A program made the translations under genes and the position numbers. Under the pieces are notes generated by a model. The model worked only from the letters and a program-made list of their open reading frames with translations. It ran no database searches and was not told the origin of the DNA. DNA of 64,000 nucleotides from Desulfobacterales bacterium (GTDB lineage: Bacteria > Desulfobacterota > Desulfobacteria > Desulfobacterales > JAAELO01). The DNA lies in assembly GCA_024226555.1 (NCBI GenBank), contig JAAELO010000754.1:41222-105221 (forward strand), written 5' to 3'. Shown piece by piece: positions 38,019 to 47,089 of this stretch. Within the stretch, counting starts at the first letter, position 1; each line of letters begins with the position of its first letter.

Positions 38019-39014
38019 CTAAATCACTGCTTCAATAAGCGACACACCTTCCATAGTTTCAAAAACTTCCGATATTTTGTACCCGGTTTTATTAAGTAAA
38101 AATTCGTATTCATTAAGGGTTCTCTCTCTTCCACCTGTCATCACCAACATCTCTAAATCGAGTAGTGTAGTTATATCTGAAGTATTAGGTTCAGTAATTA
38201 TCATTTCGCAGATCAATAGTTTTGAGTTATCACCAATAACTTTTCTTAAGTTTTTAAGAATTAATTCACACTGCTCGTCGTTCCAATCATGGAGAATGTG
38301 AGACAGTAAATAAGCTTCACTTCCTTTTGGAACTTCTTTGAAGAAATCACAGGTAGCAGTTTTCATTCTTTCATTAAATTTAAATTTTTCTATAAAAAAC
38401 TCTGATTCCAATATAACATCAGGCTGCTCAGCCAATATTCCTTGTAGTTCTGGATTTTCAAATAGTATTTCTGATAAAAGAGCTCCTGTTCCACCTCCAA
38501 CATCTGTTAAAGTTTTAAATTGTGAGAAGTCATAACAATCAACTATAGCCCTGTGAGTTCTTGAAGATTTTATTGCATTTGCTTCATTGTGGATTTTAAA
38601 TGCATATTTGTCCTCCTTTAAATATTTCATAATATTCTTTCCATGGGCTTTTTCAAAAGGAATTTCACCTGTTTTTACGCAATCAAAAAGTTCTAACCAT
38701 GCTTTGTCGTTCCATTCGCCATTAAAAAGAATTGCGAATGTTCCCATTACATTTTTTTGTAGAAATGATGACATATCTGTTTGCTCAAATTGCCTTTCTC
38801 TATTTTCTTTGAATATTCCAAAGGATGAAAGAGCTCGCATTATCCTATATAGATAATCCTCATTAGAAGAAGTTTTTTGAGCTATTTCTGTAATACTCAT
38901 GGCTCCTTTCGATAAAAGATCTGCAATTCCAAGTTTTGATACAATATAAATTGGTTTAGATATCCATTTTGCCGTAATTAATTTCATTAATTGTTCAGGT
39001 GTGTTGTTATCCAT
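38019..39014 (-). CDS. class I SAM-dependent O-methyltransferase (dimerisation domain + MTase)
   Basis: The SAM motif I is LTDVGGGTGALLSEI and the C-terminal HILHDW motif is typical of O-MT family 2. It is convergent with the end of the EPS operon. Confidence 0.75.
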   Translation of the reverse strand: MDNNTPEQLMKLITAKWISKPIYIVSKLGIADLLSKGAMSITEIAQKTSSNEDYLYRIMRALSSFGIFKENRERQFEQTDMSSFLQKNVMGTFAILFNGEWNDKAWLELFDCVKTGEIPFEKAHGKNIMKYLKEDKYAFKIHNEANAIKSSRTHRAIVDCYDFSQFKTLTDVGGGTGALLSEILFENPELQGILAEQPDVILESEFFIEKFKFNERMKTATCDFFKEVPKGSEAYLLSHILHDWNDEQCELILKNLRKVIGDNSKLLICEMIITEPNTSDITTLLDLEMLVMTGGRERTLNEYEFLLNKTGYKISEVFETMEGVSLIEAVI

Positions 39015-39262
39015 GTAAATTCTCCTTTTATTTATAATAAATAATTAAAAATGAAAGTTCAGACAACAAGGGGATTATTATTATAAGATTTGAATATACA
39101 GTTAGAGAATTTGGCTGGTTTTTTAAAAAGTTTTATGTGGTTTGTTTTTTGATGTGATGTCTTTAAACTACCAAAACTCTATAAAATGTCAAGAATTAAT
39201 GCAATGTGTCTATATAAATATAAACACATTGCAAAGGTTGTATAAAACAACCCGGGGATGAT

Positions 39263-39541
39263 CTATCTAAAATGGTTGTAATATCTAATTGACATAATTT
39301 TATGATAGTCATAAAGTTCAGAATGCTTATCAATTCCAGGTTTATGAGGTGGATGATGATACTTTGTTTTTCGTTTTTTTTTCTTTCTGATAATAATGAT
39401 ACGTATCAATCCTGCAATCAAAAATGTTATAAAAAAACCAATTGAGATTTCACCCGCCCCCCAGGCAGATAAAGAAACAATTAGCAAGATTCCCCAAATC
39501 CCTATAAAACTGTTTGTCATAATACCTATTGTTTTTTTCAT
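39263..39541 (-). CDS. small hypothetical membrane protein with Lys-rich and His/Pro cytoplasmic tail
   Basis: 92 aa with two hydrophobic helices, then RKKKKRKTKYHHPPHKPG. Confidence 0.35.
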   Translation of the reverse strand: MKKTIGIMTNSFIGIWGILLIVSLSAWGAGEISIGFFITFLIAGLIRIIIIRKKKKRKTKYHHPPHKPGIDKHSELYDYHKIMSIRYYNHFR

Positions 39542-39726
39542 ATTTTCACCCCGTGTTTATTGTGCATCCCTTTGACAACATTAATACGGTATTAATATGT
39601 ATATGTCAATATGGAATTTATTTTATTTTGATTTTCCTTGTGAAAACTGTTATGTAGGGTTTATAAATAATTGATATATATATATATTCATTATTTTCAA
39701 CCAAAGATTGGTTGCATATTAATTAT

Positions 39727-39855
39727 TGGGAGCCTCTAATTATTGGATTTTTGACTGAAATACAACGTTTATAAAAGCTTTTAGTTTTATAAAATCTCTG
39801 CATGAGAAAAAAACAACGCAGTATTTCGGTCAAAAGGCAGTTAGCAGAGATTCCC
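39727..39855 (+). repeat. complete repeat, module B type, diverged TIRs (GGGAGCCTCTAATTATTGG ... CAGTTAGCAGAGATTCCC)
   Basis: The interior is ...cgtttataaaagcttttagttttataaaatctctgcatgagaaaaaaacaacgcagtatttcggtcaaaaggcag... Confidence 0.75.
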
Positions 39856-39872
39856 TTAAAATGGATTATTAA

Positions 39873-41351
39873 ATGATCGATATAAAGATAGACAGAGACG
39901 GTGGAATCCCTCTCTATGTGCAGATTAGAGATGAAATAATAAATGCTGTGGAAAATGGGGATTTAAAGGGAGGCGACAGGCTTCCTGCTGTTACATCCTT
40001 TGCTAAAACTTTGGGCGTTACAGCATGTACAGTAAGACGTGCTTTTGAAGATCTAACAAAAGATGGACTTGCTCACTGTCATGTGGGGAGAGGCACTTTC
40101 ATCAATGAAACAGATAAAGTTCAACCTGAAAAAACTGTTAAAATACCTAAATCTGTCGATAGATCAAAATCATATAGTTTTAATTCGTTAATAAAACTCA
40201 TAGAAAAAGATGGTCTTATAAGGTTTACAAGTGGTGGCTTAAGCCATAACCTTACTAAAAAAGGCGTCTTTGATAAAGTTGTAACAGAAACCCTTAAAGC
40301 TAACGATCAAAGCAAGTTCCAGATAGGAGTCCCCCAGGGTAAGATTGAACTAAGAGAAACAATTTCAGATAGATTTAAAAGCAGGGGACACAACATTGAT
40401 CCGGATCAAATTTTGATAACCGGAGGAACTCAGCAAGCTGTTTTTTTAATGGCCCATAGGGCTTTTTTACGAGACCACAAGGTTCTTTTTGAAACGCCAT
40501 GGTTCTCTGGAATGGCTAATGCATTTAAGGCTTTTAACCACTTAATACATACTGTACCCAGAGATCTTAAAGGTCCTGTCCCTGAAAATTACACAGGATT
40601 CCCAATCGAACCAACTACATTTTATGTGTGTCCCATTTATAATAATCCAATGGGTACAAATATGCATCCTGATAGAAGCAAAGCTCTCATTGACTGGACA
40701 AGAAAAAATGGTGGAAAGATTTTATCCGATGAAGTTTATTATGAACTTTATTTCGATAAACCAGCCGATAGTTTTTTGTCAGAGGTAAATGGAGGTAATG
40801 TTGCGGTATCAGGTTCAATGTCAAAATCTTTTATGTTTGGCATGCGACTTGGGTGGATAGTTGGCAGCAAAGATCTTATTGATGAACTTCTTCCTTTAAA
40901 AAGAACAATTGATATGGGAGTTCCAACTCTAATTCAAAATGTTGCAAATACCTTAATAAAATCTGGTGAATACGATTCTAATCTCGAAATCTTAAGGGGA
41001 CACTACAAAAACGTCAGAGACGCAACCCTTGATGCATTAACAAGATTTATGCCCGATGAAGTGAAGTGGACTAAACCGGAAGGTGGTTTTCACATTTGGG
41101 TTGAACTTCCTGAAAACTACTCATCAGTAGATACTTTTTTAACAGCGATAGATAATGGCGTTGCCATGGTTCCAGGCCCTCTTCTTGATCCTGACAATGG
41201 TTATGATAATGCATTTAAATTAAGCTATGGTTCCATAGATCTTAAAGATGTTGACAAGGGTATTAAAGCACTTGCAAACGCTGTTAAAAAAACACTTCTA
41301 TCAAAACCATGCGCCGCAGGAATCTGTTCAGATAATACAGATTTCAGGTAG
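39873..41351 (+). CDS. MocR-type regulator (GntR HTH fused to PLP-dependent aminotransferase-fold domain)
   Basis: The GntR HTH is GDRLPAVTSFAKTLGVTACTVRRAFEDL. An aminotransferase class I/II-like domain follows, with a candidate PLP-Lys region SGSMSKSF. Confidence 0.85.
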   Translation: MIDIKIDRDGGIPLYVQIRDEIINAVENGDLKGGDRLPAVTSFAKTLGVTACTVRRAFEDLTKDGLAHCHVGRGTFINETDKVQPEKTVKIPKSVDRSKSYSFNSLIKLIEKDGLIRFTSGGLSHNLTKKGVFDKVVTETLKANDQSKFQIGVPQGKIELRETISDRFKSRGHNIDPDQILITGGTQQAVFLMAHRAFLRDHKVLFETPWFSGMANAFKAFNHLIHTVPRDLKGPVPENYTGFPIEPTTFYVCPIYNNPMGTNMHPDRSKALIDWTRKNGGKILSDEVYYELYFDKPADSFLSEVNGGNVAVSGSMSKSFMFGMRLGWIVGSKDLIDELLPLKRTIDMGVPTLIQNVANTLIKSGEYDSNLEILRGHYKNVRDATLDALTRFMPDEVKWTKPEGGFHIWVELPENYSSVDTFLTAIDNGVAMVPGPLLDPDNGYDNAFKLSYGSIDLKDVDKGIKALANAVKKTLLSKPCAAGICSDNTDFR

Positions 41352-41616
41352 CCATATCTGAAGAGTTAGCACAACTCAATAAAACAGGCTCATAAAAAGT
41401 GAAGAGCTTTTTTAATATTATACCGGGTAAGTACTAATTACTGCGTAAGTAATATCTAAAAAATAATTTTATTTTAATGATACTTAACTCCTGAAACAAT
41501 CCACATGCTTTACAATAAAGACATAAAGTGTTATTATTAAAAAATAATGCATTTTGTATTAAGTATTTGTAAAGAATTACTCCCTTAATACTGCTTAAAC
41601 CCATTGAGGAAAGATC

Positions 41617-43296
41617 ATGTTAACTAATCCTTCATTTATTACCCTTATTTCCAATGAAAAAGGTGTGATAAAAAAATGTGGGGGAAAAATATCTGAAATT
41701 TTCCAGGGACAGACCAATGAGACCGTTGAAGGGAGTAATATTGTTTCTCTTTTTGGTAATGATATTATTGAACCATTCAGAAAAGCTCTTGCCGGAAAAA
41801 CTACCTATTTTAAAGGTGAACTAACCCTTATTTCAGACAAGAAGAAAGACGCGTCTGTTTTCTTAACATCCTCAGAAAATAATTGCATAATGATTGTTCA
41901 GGATTCAATTGAAAGCTTAAGTTCAAAATCTTTATCAGAGCTTGCTGGTGGAATTGCCCACAGTTTTAATAATGGATTAAATACTATTAATGCGAACATG
42001 GAACTTTTGACAATGGAAATGCCTGATTGCTCAAAAGTCAAAAGATGCTCAAAAGAGGTGTTTGATTCTATTACAAAGATGACAGTTTTGACAGATAAAA
42101 TATTAGCTTATGCTCAGGAGGGAAAATTTCATCAGGAGAGAATTGAGATTGACCAGTACCTACCATCTTTAATTAATGATTTGAATATCCCACCTGAAAT
42201 AAGCCTAAAATCAGTTTTGGAAAGTGAAGGACTATCTATAGTGTATGAACCCAAACAGTTAAAACTTCTTCTTTCTTCATTAATTGATAATGCAGTGGAG
42301 TCAATTTCAAAATATGGTGATATCATAATTTCAACAACACAAGAGAGTATATATAAAAAAGATATAGGTAATAATAACTACATTTGCCTTTCAGTAAAAG
42401 ACAACGGCTGTGGAATGGAAAATGATGTAAAAAGAAATATGTTTAACCCTTTTTACTCAACCAAAAGAAAGGGTAGAGGTCTTGAACTTGCAGCTGTAGA
42501 GGGCATTGTAAATAATCATAAGGGCTGGATAGATGTAAAGTCGAATAAAAACATTGGAACAGCAATTAATGTTTATATACCTGTTTGCCAAAAAGATTCT
42601 AACTTTATAAAAGAGAAAGAAAAAAGCATTGGCAATGGTACTATCTTAATTGTTGAAGATGAGCTTGCTATACTTGAGATGACTGCTCAGATACTTGAGA
42701 GAAAAGGGTACAAGGTATTAAAGTCAGCAACGGGTGAAGACGCTGTTAATATTTTAGAAAATGATGATGAGATAGACCTGGTTCTTCTTGATATAAATCT
42801 ACCTGGAATCAGTGGTTTTGAGGTTTTGGAAAAAGTATATTACAAAAAATCTTTAAAGTTTATAATATGTAGTGGTTACCATGAAAAAAATATAATCCAC
42901 GATTATGCCGGGGAAGATATTTCATTCATTGCAAAACCATACAGTTTTAATACTCTTTTAAACGAAATTAGAAATTTTTTAGACAGACGGATTCATAAAA
43001 GATATGAGCTAACTGAAGACACTTTTGTTCATATGGAAGACGAGACAGAAAACAAAAGAAAAATAGTTGATATTAGTCTAAGTGGTATAGCTTTTCATTA
43101 TAAAAACAAGATATTTAATACCAATGGCCACCTTAATATATCTTTAAGTAATAAAAAATCTCAACCAATTGACTCTATACCTTTTATTTTACTATATGAG
43201 GAAGATTGTGTTTTAAGGGGCAAATTTGGTGAATTAAGTAAATCTCAAAAATATTATCTTAACTCTTTTATTACACAGAACTCTTACCTGCCATAA
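41617..43296 (+). CDS. cytoplasmic hybrid histidine kinase with C-terminal receiver and PilZ domains (PAS-HisKA-HATPase-REC-PilZ)
   Basis: The H-box is LAGGIAHSFNNGLNTI and the HATPase motifs are DNGCGM and GRGLELAAV. The receiver has ILIVEDELAIL...LVLLDINLPGISG. The PilZ domain has RRIHKRYEL (RxxxR) and DISLSGIAF (D-x-S-x-x-G). Confidence 0.8.
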   Translation: MLTNPSFITLISNEKGVIKKCGGKISEIFQGQTNETVEGSNIVSLFGNDIIEPFRKALAGKTTYFKGELTLISDKKKDASVFLTSSENNCIMIVQDSIESLSSKSLSELAGGIAHSFNNGLNTINANMELLTMEMPDCSKVKRCSKEVFDSITKMTVLTDKILAYAQEGKFHQERIEIDQYLPSLINDLNIPPEISLKSVLESEGLSIVYEPKQLKLLLSSLIDNAVESISKYGDIIISTTQESIYKKDIGNNNYICLSVKDNGCGMENDVKRNMFNPFYSTKRKGRGLELAAVEGIVNNHKGWIDVKSNKNIGTAINVYIPVCQKDSNFIKEKEKSIGNGTILIVEDELAILEMTAQILERKGYKVLKSATGEDAVNILENDDEIDLVLLDINLPGISGFEVLEKVYYKKSLKFIICSGYHEKNIIHDYAGEDISFIAKPYSFNTLLNEIRNFLDRRIHKRYELTEDTFVHMEDETENKRKIVDISLSGIAFHYKNKIFNTNGHLNISLSNKKSQPIDSIPFILLYEEDCVLRGKFGELSKSQKYYLNSFITQNSYLP

Positions 43297-43304
43297 ATAC
43301 CTTT

Positions 43305-43431
43305 GGGAACCTCTAATAATTAAAATTTTGGATGAAATACAAGGCATTTCCAAAAATAACGAGCCGATTTTATTACAGTTTTTTTTGGAAATAACAAAGG
43401 ATTTCGCCAAAAGAGGTTATTAGAGATTCCC
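43305..43431 (+). repeat. complete repeat, module A type; first of a tandem trio
   Basis: GGGAACCTCTAATAATTAAAATTTTGGATGAAATACAAGGCATTTCCAAAAATAACGAGCCG...GAGGTTATTAGAGATTCCC. Confidence 0.85.
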
Positions 43432-43472
43432 TAGATCCTTTTATTTTCATAATGATTTTATTTGCGTATTAA

Positions 43473-43586
43473 AATACAGCGTTTATAAAAGCTTGAGATT
43501 TATAAAGTCTCTGTTTGAGAAAAAAATAACGAACCAATTTGTTTATAAAAAGCCTTTTGTTTTATAGGCAGTTATTAGAGATTCCC
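43473..43586 (+). repeat. partial repeat, module B type (no left TIR), second of trio
   Basis: aaaatacagcgtttataaaagcttgagatttataaagtctctgtttgagaaaaaaataacgaaccaatttgtttataaaaagccttttgttttataggcagttattagagattcccc. Confidence 0.75.
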
Positions 43587-43692
43587 CAATATATTTCTTT
43601 ACAGAGCAAGCTAATCTATATATTATTATGAGTTAAAAATATAATAGATGTTTTATCGATATTCGCATTCCGTTATATTCCAGTAACATATG

Positions 43693-43818
43693 ATAACCTC
43701 TAATAATTAGAGTTTTGATTGAAATACGTGACATGACGTTTATAAAAAGCTTTCAATTTTATAAAATCTTCAAGGAAATGACATACATTTTTATAGGTCA
43801 TTTTTTTTGATAACCAGT
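43693..43818 (+). repeat. degenerate repeat copy, third of trio (ATAACCTCTAATAATTAGAGTTTTGATTGAAATACG ... TTGATAACCAGTGC)
   Basis: The left TIR is nearly intact, and the right end has decayed. Confidence 0.55.
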
Positions 43819-43944
43819 GCAATGCAAGAATTCTCAGCATAACATTGATTAATCATGGTCACAGTAGTCAGGTCAAAAAGCAATTAGAAGTTCTATTATA
43901 TTAAAGATCATAATAATGAAGAAACAAATAAAAAAGGAGATGTA

Positions 43945-44811
43945 ATGGGTAAAAAAATAGGTATAATTTTAAGTATAGTTGTTGTTGCTCTGGTTGTAGT
44001 ATATTTTGTAGCGACATCTATTGTGGAAAATAAAATAGCAGATGTGGTTGATGCAAAAATTAACAATTCAAAACTAAAAATTACTTACGACAAAATCAGC
44101 ACAAGTCTTATCAGTTCTAAAACAACTATTTATGGTATTAAATATGATGAAATTAAAATTAATGAGATTGTTGTTAAAGATATCTATTCCTACGATCAAA
44201 AAAGCGCCATCCCTTCAAATTTGAATATTGAGGTTAATGGCATACTGTTTAGCCCAAAGAAAATTAATCCTATGTACGCAAAAACTCTTAATGACATTGG
44301 ATATGGCGAAAATATGGTTCTTGATTATGGCCTGAACTATAGTTACGATAAAGAGAAAAAGTCTTTAAACATTAAAGATTTTAAAGTTGATTTCCATGAT
44401 GCTTTTAAAACCAACCTAAAACTTAATATCGAAAATCTTAATCTTAATTTGAATGATCCTGGTTCAATGGTACAACTTGTATTTCTTTATCCAACCCTAA
44501 AAATCAAAAATGCAGCATTAAGTTACACTGAAGATTCTTTCTTAAAGAGAGTGATAGAAGTGGATTCTAAAAAAAGAGGAAAGACTGTTGAAGATATTAA
44601 AGCTGAAGTTGTAAAAGCTATGGATATGAAAATTAAACTGGCTAAAAATGAAACACAAAAGAAATTCTTTGAAGGATTTAAAAATTTCCTTATGGACCCA
44701 CAATCTTTCAATGTTACAATCTCTCCTGATAAACCTGTTGCTATTAAAGATATAATGAAAGAAAGAAATCCTGATAATATCATTACAAAGCTAAATATGA
44801 AATTCGAATAA
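43945..44811 (+). CDS. hypothetical membrane-anchored (N-terminal TM) protein
   Basis: 288 aa with the single TM segment IGIILSIVVVALVVVYFV. The remainder is hydrophilic and Lys/Asn-rich. I recognise no family. Confidence 0.4.
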   Translation: MGKKIGIILSIVVVALVVVYFVATSIVENKIADVVDAKINNSKLKITYDKISTSLISSKTTIYGIKYDEIKINEIVVKDIYSYDQKSAIPSNLNIEVNGILFSPKKINPMYAKTLNDIGYGENMVLDYGLNYSYDKEKKSLNIKDFKVDFHDAFKTNLKLNIENLNLNLNDPGSMVQLVFLYPTLKIKNAALSYTEDSFLKRVIEVDSKKRGKTVEDIKAEVVKAMDMKIKLAKNETQKKFFEGFKNFLMDPQSFNVTISPDKPVAIKDIMKERNPDNIITKLNMKFE

Positions 44812-44951
44812 AAACTACTGGTAAGCACCTCTCTTGAGGTGCTTACTATAGGATCAATATAATCCCAGAAAAACAAATCCCTTTACAGATTAATCATATC
44901 TTTCTATTATAAATCACCCATATGACCAATAAACTGTTGAGCTAAATAATT

Positions 44952-46160
44952 ATGAAAATTTTACATTTACTGAGCCAGAGACCAGAGCAAACAGGTTCCG
45001 GGGTTTTTGTTCGTGAAATAATAAAAGAAGCCTATAAAAAAGGGCATGACAATTGTCTTTTATGTGGTATTCCCAGTCACAAGGGAACTGATTTGAAAGA
45101 GTTGAATTTATCATCTGTGGTATTCGTTAAATTTGAAAGTGAGAAACTTCCTTTTCCTGTTCCTGGTATGAGCGACGTAATGCCTTATAAAAATACTGTT
45201 TTTGGTACGATGGATGAAGGAAAATTAAGTAGCTATTATAAAGCATTTGAGGAAAAAATAACCACTGCTGTAGAGTCATTTAAACCTGATGTAATTTTGT
45301 CGCACCACCTTTTTATTATGACAGCTATAGCAAAAAAACTATATCCTGAAATACCTCTTGGTGTTATTAGTCATGGAACAGATATAAGACAATACAAAAA
45401 TTGTGATATGGTTAGAGACTTTGTAAAAAAATATTGTAGTAAAGTGGATGCGGCTCTTGCATTAACAAAATCACATGGAGATGAGATTAAAGATCTTTTT
45501 GGAATGACTGAAAATAAGATATTCATATGCGGAAGTGGGATTAATAGTAATATTTTTAACTACTCACAAAAAGAAAATCCTTCTCCTGTTAAAATTCTTT
45601 ATGCTGGAAAGATTGCAAGAGCAAAAGGTGTTCCATGGCTTCTTAAATCACTTTCAAATGTTGAAAATGATTTTGAGTTAGATCTTGTGGGAAGTGGAAC
45701 AGAAGATGAAGAAAATGTTTGCTTTGAGTTAGCGAAGCAATTAGAAAACAAGGTTACTATCCATGGGAAGGTAGAACAGAAAGTTTTATCTGTTTTAATG
45801 AAAAAAGCCCACATTTTTGTTTTCCCATCTTTTTTTGAAGGGCTTCCACTGGTACTTTTAGAAGCACTTGCAAGTGGAACCAGAGTTGTTACTACCTCCT
45901 TAAAAGGAACAAGAGAACTGTTCAAGAAGCCTTCAAAGTATGTTGATGTTATTGATATCCCAACTTTGGAAACGATTGATTCTCCTTTTAAGAAAGATGA
46001 AATTTTACTTGAGAAGTGTTTAACAAACTCAATTTCCAGTCAGATAAAGAAGGCCATGAAAGAAAAAGATGTTCCCATTTCAGAGATTGATCCAATAACT
46101 TCAAATTATACCTGGGAAAAGGTTTTTAAAAGGATTGAGATAGCTTTGGGGAACCTCTGA
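44952..46160 (+). CDS. glycosyltransferase family 4-like (GT-B)
   Basis: The C-terminal domain has FVFPSFFEGLPLVLLEALASGTRVVTT (E-x7-E region). The stop codon lies inside a repeat element. Confidence 0.7.
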   Translation: MKILHLLSQRPEQTGSGVFVREIIKEAYKKGHDNCLLCGIPSHKGTDLKELNLSSVVFVKFESEKLPFPVPGMSDVMPYKNTVFGTMDEGKLSSYYKAFEEKITTAVESFKPDVILSHHLFIMTAIAKKLYPEIPLGVISHGTDIRQYKNCDMVRDFVKKYCSKVDAALALTKSHGDEIKDLFGMTENKIFICGSGINSNIFNYSQKENPSPVKILYAGKIARAKGVPWLLKSLSNVENDFELDLVGSGTEDEENVCFELAKQLENKVTIHGKVEQKVLSVLMKKAHIFVFPSFFEGLPLVLLEALASGTRVVTTSLKGTRELFKKPSKYVDVIDIPTLETIDSPFKKDEILLEKCLTNSISSQIKKAMKEKDVPISEIDPITSNYTWEKVFKRIEIALGNL

Positions 46161-46390
46161 TTGAATTTTGATTGAAATGCAGATTATAAAAGCTTTCAGT
46201 TTTATAAAATCTCTGCATTAGAAAAAATAATGAACCGGTTCGTTTATAAAAAGCTTTTATTTTATAGACATTACAACAGTTTTTTTTTGTAATAATTCTG
46301 TTGTTCTGTTTTTTTGAACAACTTAAGTTGTTCGATTAAAACAAACAAAACTAAAGCCTTTTGTTTTATAGGCGGTTGTTAGAGGTTCCC
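46148..46390 (+). repeat. long complete repeat (243 bp, multiple B-type modules); left TIR overlaps the stop codon of the upstream glycosyltransferase
   Basis: GGGAACCTCTGATTGAATTTTGATTGAAATGCAGATTATAAAAGCTTTCAGTTTTATAAAATCTCTGCAT...AACGAACCGGTTCGTT...GGCGGTTGTTAGAGGTTCCC. The TGA at 46158-46160 lies within the TIR. Confidence 0.8.
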
Positions 46391-46414
46391 TAAAATAAAG
46401 AAAGAGGCATTAGT

Positions 46415-47089
46415 ATGTATAAAATATTAATTGTTGAAGATGAGCCTGCGATTGCTGAAAATATTAGTTATGTACTTAACTCTGAAGGATTCGAAACAAA
46501 ATGGTTTGCCACAGGAATTGATGCTTTCAATGAGTTTCTGGCAAACGGTTCTGATCTGATTATTTTGGATGTTGGCTTACCAGATATTAATGGGTTTGAA
46601 CTTTGTAAAAAAATAAGGAAAGAATCAAATGTTCCGGTTCTTTTTCTTACTGCGAGAAGTGATGAAATTGATAAGATTGTAGGTCTTGAAATTGGAGGCG
46701 ATGATTATGTTGTAAAACCATTTAGCCCGAGAGAACTATCAGCAAGAATAAAGGCCATTTTAAGAAGAGTAGATCAAAAAGGTGAAGTTGAACCAAACTT
46801 ACTTTTTCAGATATTTGAGGATAAAAACAGAATAAAATATAAGGATAAAACATTAGATCTATCCAGGTATGAGTTTAAGATTTTAAGCATATTGGTTAAA
46901 AGACCAGGGAGTGTATATTCCCGTGATAAGTTAATGGATCTTGTTTGGGATGACCCGCTTATGAGTATGGATAGAACAATTGATACCCATATCAAAAATA
47001 TCAGAAAAAAATTAAAAGAGATCGAACCGTCCCTTGATATGATCAAAACTCACAGAGGGGTTGGTTATTCACTTAAGGAGTATAAATGA
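46415..47089 (+). CDS. OmpR-family response regulator (CreB-like)
   Basis: The receiver has ILIVEDEPAIAE...LIILDVGLPDINGF, and a winged-helix trans_reg_C domain follows. Confidence 0.9.
   Translation: MYKILIVEDEPAIAENISYVLNSEGFETKWFATGIDAFNEFLANGSDLIILDVGLPDINGFELCKKIRKESNVPVLFLTARSDEIDKIVGLEIGGDDYVVKPFSPRELSARIKAILRRVDQKGEVEPNLLFQIFEDKNRIKYKDKTLDLSRYEFKILSILVKRPGSVYSRDKLMDLVWDDPLMSMDRTIDTHIKNIRKKLKEIEPSLDMIKTHRGVGYSLKEYK

Noticed and set aside
39674-39688. (TA)7 microsatellite in the gap upstream of the MocR-type regulator.
   Set aside because: This is trivial low-complexity sequence in AT-rich intergenic DNA, with no evidence of phase-variable gene control.
41400-41600. Direct and inverted GTAAGTA repeats (gtaagtactaattactgcgtaagtaatat) upstream of the PilZ-kinase as a possible operator.
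   Set aside because: They are short, imperfect and in very AT-rich sequence, so I cannot distinguish them from chance.
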